The translations under genes and the position numbers were made by a program. From positions 4,231 to 68,230 of the forward strand of contig CAJXRS010000001.1 of the NCBI GenBank assembly GCA_913060555.1: DNA of 64,000 bases, read 5' to 3'. Source of the DNA: an uncultured Gammaproteobacteria bacterium. Its GTDB lineage: Bacteria; Pseudomonadota; Gammaproteobacteria; Pseudomonadales; Porticoccaceae. Of this stretch, positions 51,140-58,355 are shown piece after piece. The notes beneath the pieces were generated by a model, which was not told where the DNA came from, searched no databases, and saw only the letters and a program-made list of their open reading frames with translations. Position 1 is the stretch's first letter. Each line of letters opens with the position of its first letter.

Positions 51140-51868
51140 ATGCCCGGTGTGAAATTGTCCATTCGAGTTCTGTGTCTGGCGGTCTGCCTCGGCGGGGCGC
51201 CGGTTTGGGCGGAATGCCCCAGCCCGGCCGCGGATGCGACGGCGCACTTCGAAACCTGTCGCAACCTCGCGGAAACAGGGGATGCGGTGGCGCAGCGCCA
51301 ACTGGGTACCCTCTACCAGCGCGGCGCCGGAGTCGCGCCCTCGGACGAAATGGCTCTGACCTGGTACCGCAAGGCGGCAGCTCAGGGCGACACGGGTGCG
51401 CTCTACAACCTGGGTGTGATGTACGACAGCGGCTACGGAGTGGAGCAGGACCCTGCCGCCGCTGCGCGCTGGTACCGGAAGGCGGCGGATAAGGGCGACG
51501 CCAAGGCGATGTACAACCTGGGGTTGCTCTACGAGTACGGCCTCACCGGGGCGCAGGATTATGAAGAGGCGATGCGCCTCTATCAGCAGGCGGCGGAACT
51601 CGGTGAGCCCTGGGCGCAGTTTGCCCTGGCGCTGTTGTATGACAAGGGCGAGGGCGTGGAGCGCGATCCGGTACGCGCCTACATGTGGTTCGACATCGTC
51701 GGCGAGAGGCACGAGCACGCCGTTCACAACCGAGATTCCCTCGGCGAGGAATTGACCGCAGCCCAGATCGAAGAAGCGCTCGAAATGGCCCGGCAGTGGC
51801 GCGCACAGCGACCTCAGTTGTTCGGGGAGCAGCCTGCGGAAGCAGCCGCTTCCCCTGTGGCGCCCTGA
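51140..51868 (+). CDS. Sel1-repeat (SLR/TPR-like) protein, secreted
   Basis: Signal peptide plus about 5 Sel1 repeats (AQRQLGTLYQRGAGV..., ALYNLGVMYDSGYGV..., AMYNLGLLYEYG..., AQFALALLYDKGEGV...). Confidence 0.85.
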   Translation: MPGVKLSIRVLCLAVCLGGAPVWAECPSPAADATAHFETCRNLAETGDAVAQRQLGTLYQRGAGVAPSDEMALTWYRKAAAQGDTGALYNLGVMYDSGYGVEQDPAAAARWYRKAADKGDAKAMYNLGLLYEYGLTGAQDYEEAMRLYQQAAELGEPWAQFALALLYDKGEGVERDPVRAYMWFDIVGERHEHAVHNRDSLGEELTAAQIEEALEMARQWRAQRPQLFGEQPAEAAASPVAP

Positions 51869-51914
51869 ACCATGGCGGCATACAGGCGTCGGTAGCGTAT
51901 ACAGGAGAGAAAGC

Positions 51915-52349
51915 ATGAGATCGGGAGAGTCCAAACCGCACGCGGGCAATTGGCTGCTGCTGGCGGGTCTGTTGCTGGTTGCGACAGTCGGCACCGCCAC
52001 GGAAATTCCCGGCGCCGAGCCGTTCACGGAGGCGAGGTTCAACACGCTGCGGGCGCAGGGGCAACTGGTGCTCGTCGATGTCGCCGCCGACTGGTGTCCG
52101 ACCTGCCGCCGCCAACGGGAGGTCCTGGCAGAATTTCAAGAGCGGCATGCGGATGCCGGATTGCGCATCCTGACCGTGGATTTTGATCGCCAGAAAGAAT
52201 GGGTGCGGCACTTCAAGGCGCCGCGCCAATCCACCTTCATTCTGTTCAAAGGCAATGAGCAGCTGTGGTTCGCGGTTGCCGAGGTTCGGGAGGCGGTGGT
52301 TTTCGACCGGCTGCTGCGGGCCGCGGGACTCGCGGCCGCGGCGCCATGA
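51915..52349 (+). CDS. Thioredoxin-fold protein with N-terminal anchor/signal sequence
   Basis: 144 aa. Hydrophobic N-terminus and a WCPTC active site. Confidence 0.82.
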   Translation: MRSGESKPHAGNWLLLAGLLLVATVGTATEIPGAEPFTEARFNTLRAQGQLVLVDVAADWCPTCRRQREVLAEFQERHADAGLRILTVDFDRQKEWVRHFKAPRQSTFILFKGNEQLWFAVAEVREAVVFDRLLRAAGLAAAAP

Positions 52350-53056
52350 CCCTGGGCCTGGCCTCTCTGCCGATCGCGGCCGGCGCCGGCGCGCTCGGAG
52401 TTCTCTCCCCCTGCGTCTGGCCGCTGGTGCCGGTGGTGATGTCGAGCGCGGCGGGCAGCGGCCGCGCCGGGCCGCTCTATCTGGTCGCCGGGCTGAGCCT
52501 GTCGTTCGCGCTGGCCGGCACGCTGCTGTCTTTCCTGCTGGTGAGTACCGGCCTGGATCCGGAGCTCTTTCGCCTGCTGTCCGGCGTCCTGCTGTTGGTC
52601 GTCGCCGCGGTGTTGCTCAGCGAGCGTCTGGGCCAGTGGGTCAGTGGCAGGCTCTCCGCGCTGACCGGGCGCCTGCAGGTGGGCGGCGCGGCACCCGCTC
52701 AGGCGGCTGGCCAGTTCGGCATCGGCGTGCTGCTGGGGATGATCTGGCTGCCCTGCGTGGGCCCCACCCTGGGCGCGGCGATCGCGCTGGCGTCCATGGG
52801 GCAGCAGCTGGGCATGGCCTTTGTCATCATGCTCGCCTATGGCCTGGGCACAGGAGTGGTGCTGCTGGCCGCCGGGCTGCTCTCTCACCAGGCGATGCAG
52901 CGCTGGCGACCGGCAGTCATCCACCGCGCAGGAGTGGCCAAGCAGCTGCTCGGCTGGACCCTGGCCCTGCTCGGTATCCTGGTGCTCACCGGGATGGACA
53001 AAATGCTCGAGCGAGCCGCGGTGGGTTGGCTGCCGGATTGGGCGTTCTCACTGTGA
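52346..53056 (+). CDS. Cytochrome c biogenesis CcdA/DsbD-beta family thiol-disulfide transporter
   Basis: 236 aa from ATG 52346 (ATGA overlap with the thioredoxin stop). LSPCVWPLVPV and WLPCVGPTLG motifs. 6 TM helices. Confidence 0.85.
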   Translation: MTLGLASLPIAAGAGALGVLSPCVWPLVPVVMSSAAGSGRAGPLYLVAGLSLSFALAGTLLSFLLVSTGLDPELFRLLSGVLLLVVAAVLLSERLGQWVSGRLSALTGRLQVGGAAPAQAAGQFGIGVLLGMIWLPCVGPTLGAAIALASMGQQLGMAFVIMLAYGLGTGVVLLAAGLLSHQAMQRWRPAVIHRAGVAKQLLGWTLALLGILVLTGMDKMLERAAVGWLPDWAFSL

Positions 53057-53186
53057 ATGGCGCGCCGCAGCGCCGGGCGCCCAGATTGCCGGGGCCGTGT
53101 TCGGTAGCGGTGATCCGCCTGTCGGTCGGTGTATGCTGCGCGCTGACGGGTCGCATGGCTCACCGAATTCCAGTGGAGGAGTCCCA

Positions 53187-54032
53187 ATGACGTCCAAGCT
53201 CCGGGTGTTGCGCCTGTGGCCGGGGATCTGGCTCGCCGGTTGGCTGCTGGCGGCGCTGCCGGCGAGCGCCGCGGCAGACGCCGGGTTGCGCGCCGCGATC
53301 ACCGGCGATCACCGTACCCCGGCGTTCACCGCCCGGGATGCCTATCGGCACCCCCACGCCACGCTGACGTTTTTCGGTATTCAGCCGCAGTTCACCGTGG
53401 TCGAGATCTGGCCGGGCGGCGGCTGGTACACCGAGATCCTCGCCCCCTACCTGCGCGAGCGCGGCAAGCTGTACGCGGCGCAATTTCCGGAAGCCACCGC
53501 GGTAGCCTACTACCGCGAGCTGCGCGAGGGATTTCTCGCCAAGCTGGCCGCGGCGCCGGACAGCTATGATCGGCTAGAGGTGACCGAATTCCTGCCGCCG
53601 GAGCACCTGGACATCGCCCCGGCCGGCAGCGCCGATCTGGTGCTGACCTTTCGCAATGTCCACAACTGGACGATGCGCGGCGGTGGCGAGGCGCGCACCC
53701 TGGCCGCCTTTCGCGCCTTCCACCGGGCCCTCAAGCCCGGCGGCGTGCTCGGCGTGGTCGACCACCGACTGCCCCCAGACCGGCCCCTCGCCGACCAGGA
53801 GGAGAGCGGCTATCTGCGTGAAGACTTCGTGATCGGGGTCGCCGCGGAAGCGGGATTCGAGCTCGCCGCCCGGAGTGAGATGAACGCCAATCCGCGCGAT
53901 TCCGCCGACCATCCGCGGGGTGTCTGGAGTTTGCCGCCGTCGCTGCGCGGCGGTGATGAGGACCGCGAGCGCTATCTGGCCATTGGCGAGAGCGATCGCA
54001 TGACCCTGAAGTTCGTCAAACCGGCCCATTGA
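53187..54032 (+). CDS. Class I SAM-dependent methyltransferase-fold protein with signal peptide
   Basis: 281 aa from ATG 53187, with a GGAGGAG Shine-Dalgarno. Signal peptide ...LLAALPASAAADAG. VVEIWPGGGWYTEIL (motif I) and GGVLGVVDH. Confidence 0.78.
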   Translation: MTSKLRVLRLWPGIWLAGWLLAALPASAAADAGLRAAITGDHRTPAFTARDAYRHPHATLTFFGIQPQFTVVEIWPGGGWYTEILAPYLRERGKLYAAQFPEATAVAYYRELREGFLAKLAAAPDSYDRLEVTEFLPPEHLDIAPAGSADLVLTFRNVHNWTMRGGGEARTLAAFRAFHRALKPGGVLGVVDHRLPPDRPLADQEESGYLREDFVIGVAAEAGFELAARSEMNANPRDSADHPRGVWSLPPSLRGGDEDRERYLAIGESDRMTLKFVKPAH

Positions 54033-56059
54033 CGGCGATCTCCCTTTGCCGCCGCGGCCTGGTGGCTGCGGCCGCATGGGCGGCGGCGATCTCGGGGCCC
54101 GCCCCGGCGGCACTGAACGCCGAGCTGGCAATCGGCAGCCTCCGCTACCCGGGCGTCGCCCTGGACGACCTGAGCGTCAGCCTCGTCGACGGCGTTGCCG
54201 AACTGCGCATCGCCGAGTTGCGCCTGGGGAATCATCCCTGGCGGGAGCTGGCGCTGCGTTGTCCGGGTCTGGTGGTGAGCGGCGCGTCCCTGGCCTGTCG
54301 GGACGGCCACCTGCGGGCACCCGCGCCCCTGGGCGGCGCCGCAGTGGATTTCGTGTTCTCCCCCGCCGCGGCGACCGGCAACCTGAGGCTGACATGGCCC
54401 GGATCCGGATCGCTGGCCGCCGAACTCGGTGGCGCCGGGGTATTGACGGTGCGGGCCCGTGATCTGGATCCGGCGCTGCTGACCGCTGCGCTGCCGCCGC
54501 TGGCCGCCTGGAACCCGGCGGGCGCGCTGGATTGCGACCTGCGCCTGGACGCAGCGGCCCAACCGCCGGCAGTGACCGCGCACTGCGCGTTGCGCGGCGG
54601 CGGCTTCGCCACCGCCGACGGCCTGCGCGCCGGGGAGCAGCTCGATCTGACAATCGACTTCAGTGCCGAAGCCAGTGCCGAAGCCAGTACCGTAGCCAAT
54701 GCCGCCGGTTGGCGCTGGCACATGGCCGGGGAGTGGTCGAACGGCGCGATTTACCTGCATCCGGTCTATCTGCCTGCCGGCGCGCAGCTGGCGGCCACCG
54801 GCGATCTGGGGGACGGATACCTGAGGGTCGCCGAGGCGGAGCTGGCAGTGGATGGCGTCGGCAGCTTGCGGGGCAATGCGGCGCTGGACCTCCAGCCCTT
54901 GGCGGTGCGGCGGCTGGAGGCGGAAGCGTCGGATCTCGATCTCGCGGTGCTGGGGCGCCTTGTGCTGGCGCCGCTGCTGTTGCCGGCGAGCGCCGATGAT
55001 CTGGATTTCCGCGGCCGCGCCGCGGCCCGGGTGCGCCTCGCCGGTGGGCAACCGCCCGCGCTCGCGGTGCAGTTGCGCGAGGCGGGTATCGAGCACCGGG
55101 TGCTGGATATGGGCGTGGGTCCGGCGACCGGCACCCTGGATTGGCCGGGTGATGGCACCGGCGCCCTGGCGCTGCGGCTCGGTGGTGGTGCGCACTGGCG
55201 CGGGCTGAGGTTCGGCGGCTTCCCGGTGCGCGCCGGCCTCAACGGGGAGCGGGTGACGGTCGAGCCCCTGGCGATTCCGCTGTTCGACGGCGCGCTGCGG
55301 CTGGACGGGCTGGAACTGTGGCGCGAGGATTCGGGCTGGCAGGGCGCCGGTCGGGCGTCGATCGATCCCATCTCGCTGCCCGAACTGTCGGCCGCTGCCG
55401 GCCTGCCGATCCTGGGCGGTACCCTGGGGGCGGACTTTCCCCACGTCCGGGTCGCTCCCGGAGAGATCGCGGTCGACGGCGAGATCGGTATCGAGGTGTT
55501 CGATGGCCGGCTGCGGGTGTCCGGCCTGCGGCTGATCGAGCCCTTCGGCGTCGGTGCCTACGCGCGGGCGGAAATCGCCGCCGAGCGCCTGGATCTCGGT
55601 TTGCTGACCGATTCCTTCGATTTCGGCAGCATCAGCGGGCGCGTCGATGTCCGGGTCCGGGATCTGGAGCTGGCCGGCTGGCGCCCGGTGCGTTTTGCGG
55701 CTCGCATCGAGAGCAGTCCCGGCCGCTACCGGCGCCGCATCAGTCAGCGCGCGGTGCAGAGCCTGGGTGCGCTCGGCGGTCCCGGGGTGGTCAACGCCAT
55801 CCAGCGCAGCGCGTTACGGTTCTTCGACAGTTTCGGCTACCGCCGCCTCGGCTGGTCCTGCGTGCTGGAATCCGGCGTCTGCGCGATGGCGGGGGTCGAA
55901 CCCGAGAAACGGCGGGACGACGGCGGTTTCGTGATCGTCGAGGGCCGCGGCATCCCGGCGCTGGACGTGGTGGGCTACAATCGCCGCGTCGACTGGAAGG
56001 TGCTGCTCAGCAGGCTGAACCGGGTGACCGGCGCCGGCGCTCCCGCGATGGTGCAGTAG
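54029..56059 (+). CDS. ydbH: YdbH-family (AsmA-like) intermembrane lipid-transport protein
   Basis: 676 aa. TTG start overlaps the upstream stop (TTGA). N-terminal anchor and a repetitive beta-rich body. The C-terminal block ISQRAVQSLGALGG...FDSFGYRRLGWSCVLESGVCAMAG is typical of the DctA-YdbH domain. It is followed by ynbE and ydbL, as in E. coli. Confidence 0.78.
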   Translation: MTAISLCRRGLVAAAAWAAAISGPAPAALNAELAIGSLRYPGVALDDLSVSLVDGVAELRIAELRLGNHPWRELALRCPGLVVSGASLACRDGHLRAPAPLGGAAVDFVFSPAAATGNLRLTWPGSGSLAAELGGAGVLTVRARDLDPALLTAALPPLAAWNPAGALDCDLRLDAAAQPPAVTAHCALRGGGFATADGLRAGEQLDLTIDFSAEASAEASTVANAAGWRWHMAGEWSNGAIYLHPVYLPAGAQLAATGDLGDGYLRVAEAELAVDGVGSLRGNAALDLQPLAVRRLEAEASDLDLAVLGRLVLAPLLLPASADDLDFRGRAAARVRLAGGQPPALAVQLREAGIEHRVLDMGVGPATGTLDWPGDGTGALALRLGGGAHWRGLRFGGFPVRAGLNGERVTVEPLAIPLFDGALRLDGLELWREDSGWQGAGRASIDPISLPELSAAAGLPILGGTLGADFPHVRVAPGEIAVDGEIGIEVFDGRLRVSGLRLIEPFGVGAYARAEIAAERLDLGLLTDSFDFGSISGRVDVRVRDLELAGWRPVRFAARIESSPGRYRRRISQRAVQSLGALGGPGVVNAIQRSALRFFDSFGYRRLGWSCVLESGVCAMAGVEPEKRRDDGGFVIVEGRGIPALDVVGYNRRVDWKVLLSRLNRVTGAGAPAMVQ

Positions 56060-56095
56060 TCTGGCGGCAGGGGACACGCCCATGAGGAGACGTCC

Positions 56096-56281
56096 ATGAA
56101 GAAGCTCGGTGGATTGTTTGCGGCCGCGGCGGCACTGGCGTCCTGGTCCTGCGTGACCATCAATATCTATTTTCCGGCCGCGGCGGCGGAACGAGCTGCC
56201 GACCAGGTGATCGAAGAGGTCTGGCAGCTCCGGGAGCAGCCAGGGGAGCAGGCGCCGCCAGCGCCGGATACCGGAGAATGA
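56096..56281 (+). CDS. ynbE: YnbE-family small lipoprotein
   Basis: 61 aa. Signal peptide ending ...ASWSC, then VTINIYFP (compare the E. coli YnbE ITINMNVKI segment). Located between ydbH and ydbL. Confidence 0.7.
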   Translation: MKKLGGLFAAAAALASWSCVTINIYFPAAAAERAADQVIEEVWQLREQPGEQAPPAPDTGE

Positions 56282-56721
56282 CGATGAACAGAATGCGAGG
56301 CTTCGGATTTTGGTTGGTGTTGGTTCTACTGTCGGCGCTGACCGCCGGCGGCGCCGCGGCCCAGGCCCAGGCCGATCTGGAAATCGACACCCCCGCGATC
56401 CGGGCACTCACCGCGGCCATGAAGGCGCGCCACGACGCCCTGGAGCCCCACTACCGCTCCGGGGCCCTCGGGCAGGCGGCCAATGGCGATCTGGTATTGC
56501 GCGACGCCTCGCAGGTACCCCTGCCCCAGCGCGCGAAAGTGAACGCCCTGGTCGCCGCCGAGAATGCCGACCGCGCCGCGCTCTACCGGGAAATCGCCCG
56601 CGCCAACGGCCATTCCGAGTGGCAGGACGAGATTCGCGCCACCTTTGCCGAACGCTTCATCGCCCGCGCCCCGGCCGGTTGGTGGGTCGAGCGGGCGGGC
56701 GGCTGGGAAAGGAAGAAGTGA
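56278..56721 (+). CDS. ydbL: YdbL (DUF1318) periplasmic protein
   Basis: 147 aa. ATGA overlap with ynbE. Signal peptide. DUF1318-like NALVAAENADRAALYREIA segment. Confidence 0.75.
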   Translation: MTMNRMRGFGFWLVLVLLSALTAGGAAAQAQADLEIDTPAIRALTAAMKARHDALEPHYRSGALGQAANGDLVLRDASQVPLPQRAKVNALVAAENADRAALYREIARANGHSEWQDEIRATFAERFIARAPAGWWVERAGGWERKK

Positions 56722-56852
56722 GCCGTCCCGCGATGTGGTTCCCGGTCCTGGGCGCCCGTGCTTGGGCGGATGGTAGGAGGATGGCGGGGGGCGGGAAAGA
56801 TCGAAAATGGGCCCGTAGTTGCATCACTGCCGAGCGTCGTGGAGGCACGAAA

Positions 56853-56888
56853 ATGAATTCCTTGAAGAGAATGAATTCCTTGAAGAGA
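56853..56888 (+). repeat. Perfect 18-bp tandem duplication that includes the start codon
   Basis: ATGAATTCCTTGAAGAGA occurs at 56853-56870 and again at 56871-56888, producing MNSLKRMNSLKR. Confidence 0.95.
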
Positions 56889-57188
56889 CTGCTGCTGGGG
56901 TCGTTGCTGGCGCTGTCAGTGCCCGCCGTGGCCGGTGACCGCACCCTGGACGCCGCAGTGGGCGGTGCCGTCGGTGGCGCCATTGGTGGTGCCGTGGGCG
57001 AGACGGTGGGCGGCCGGGACGGCGCCATCATCGGCGCCGGAGTCGGTGCCGCAGCCGGGGCGGCGGCCAATACCGAGGACGACGAAGGCCGCCATGGCGG
57101 TGACGGTCGCTACCACGGCGAGCGATATGACCATCATCAGGGTGGCCATTTCTGCCCGCCCGGGCAGGCCAAGAAAGGCAACTGCTGA
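56853..57188 (+). CDS. Glycine-zipper (YMGG/Omp-type) small secreted or membrane protein
   Basis: 111 aa from ATG 56853, with a GGAGG Shine-Dalgarno 7 nt upstream. Signal peptide, a GGAVGGAIGGAVGETVGG...GAGVGAAAGAAA glycine zipper, and a His-rich tail. Confidence 0.7.
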   Translation: MNSLKRMNSLKRLLLGSLLALSVPAVAGDRTLDAAVGGAVGGAIGGAVGETVGGRDGAIIGAGVGAAAGAAANTEDDEGRHGGDGRYHGERYDHHQGGHFCPPGQAKKGNC

Positions 57189-57195
57189 GACGCCG

Positions 57196-57222
57196 GGGCG
57201 ACCGCCTAGCAGGCGGACGCCC
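57196..57222. terminator. Hairpin between convergent genes (possible terminator)
   Basis: gggcgaccgcc-tagca-ggcggacgccc, an 11-position stem with one A·A mismatch. It overlaps the 3' end of the hydrolase gene. No U-run. Confidence 0.3.
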
Positions 57223-58348
57223 GCTGTTCGGTCAGCTCCAGCAGCGCATACAGGGCGCGCCACAGCTGCCAGGCGTCGGCGAGACCGGGATCGACATCGA
57301 CATGCTGGAGGCCGTCGGCCTCGAACAGCGGCGCGCGGCCCGGCCCCAGGCGCTGGTGGAGCGCGCGGCTGTGGGAGATCGGCAGCACCGCGTCGCCGGT
57401 ACCGTGGATCAGCAGCAGACGTGCACCCAGGGATTCCAGATTCCGGGGGACCAGGTCGAGGGCCGCCAGTTCGTCGCGGATGGGCTCCGGCAGCGCCGCT
57501 ATCAGGGTCTGGACGCGTAGCGGATCGGTGTTGGCGACCAGCGCGTACAGGGCGCGGCCACCGGGTCCCAATTGTGCCGCCAGTTCGTCCACCGCGGCCT
57601 TCGGGTCGCCCAGGCGCCGCCGCGCCAGTTCGCGCAGCAGCCTGCGGTCGCCCGGATTCGGGAGTTGGGCCGCCTGACTCAGCAGCAGCCACCAGCGGCC
57701 TTCGGGCGCCGGAGGTGTGCCGCGGCGCCCGGACAGCGGATCGAATCCGGTAGTGGCGTAGGTGATGGCGGCGGCGAGGTCATAGTAGCCGCCCACCGCG
57801 ACCACGAAAGTCAGCCGTTCGCGGACCCCCGGGGCGAGCGCGGCGATCAAGGCCGGGCCCACCGCGAAGCTCACCGCCAGCTCGCCGACCGACCGGCAGT
57901 CGTCTTGCGCGTCCAGCGCGTGGCGCAGGGCATCGCCGATATCCCGGGCGTCCTCGCGACCTGCGCTCAGGGAGCGCATGCCGGGCAATTCGGGCGCCAG
58001 CACCGCGAAGCCGGCTCGTGCCAGGGTGTTCGCAAAGCTCACCAACCTGGGTTCCCGGCGGCCCTCCGGGGCCAGGCCGTGCAGCAATACCAGGGTGGCG
58101 CGGGGCTCGCCTTCGGCAGGCAGATAGCCGTCGGCGAGGTGGTGACGGCCGTCGATCACGAAATCCGCGCTATCCCGCAGCGGCGCATCGCTGCGCGCCT
58201 TGAGCGCACTGCGCCCGGCGCCGGCCTGGATGTCGAGCAGGATCAACAGCGCCAGGCCGCCGCGTTCCAGGGCCGGGGCCATGGCCAGCAGGGCCGCCGC
58301 CGCGAGTACGCCGACGGCCAGGATTCTTCCCAGGGTACGGACGCGCAA
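57206..58348 (-). CDS. Alpha/beta hydrolase family protein
   Basis: 380 aa with a TTG start. N-terminal hydrophobic segment. ATLVLLHGL..., a degenerate nucleophile elbow AVSFAVG, and LLLIHGTGDAVLP near the C-terminus. Confidence 0.65.
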   Translation of the reverse strand: MRVRTLGRILAVGVLAAAALLAMAPALERGGLALLILLDIQAGAGRSALKARSDAPLRDSADFVIDGRHHLADGYLPAEGEPRATLVLLHGLAPEGRREPRLVSFANTLARAGFAVLAPELPGMRSLSAGREDARDIGDALRHALDAQDDCRSVGELAVSFAVGPALIAALAPGVRERLTFVVAVGGYYDLAAAITYATTGFDPLSGRRGTPPAPEGRWWLLLSQAAQLPNPGDRRLLRELARRRLGDPKAAVDELAAQLGPGGRALYALVANTDPLRVQTLIAALPEPIRDELAALDLVPRNLESLGARLLLIHGTGDAVLPISHSRALHQRLGPGRAPLFEADGLQHVDVDPGLADAWQLWRALYALLELTEQRASAC

Positions 58349-58355
58349 CTGCGCC

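Noticed and set aside
54662-54697. Short tandem repeats as a possible CRISPR array
   Set aside because: The units are 12 nt, contiguous with no spacers, and in-frame inside a coding sequence. No CRISPR-like repeat-spacer architecture occurs anywhere in the window.
53972-55444. 490-aa minus-strand ORF, plus the antisense ORFs 22438..23661, 24169..25536, 10937..12319 and 13761..14882
   Set aside because: Each is antisense to a gene with clear family motifs (ydbH, queG, proB, hisZ/purA, hflK). These are high-GC artefacts.
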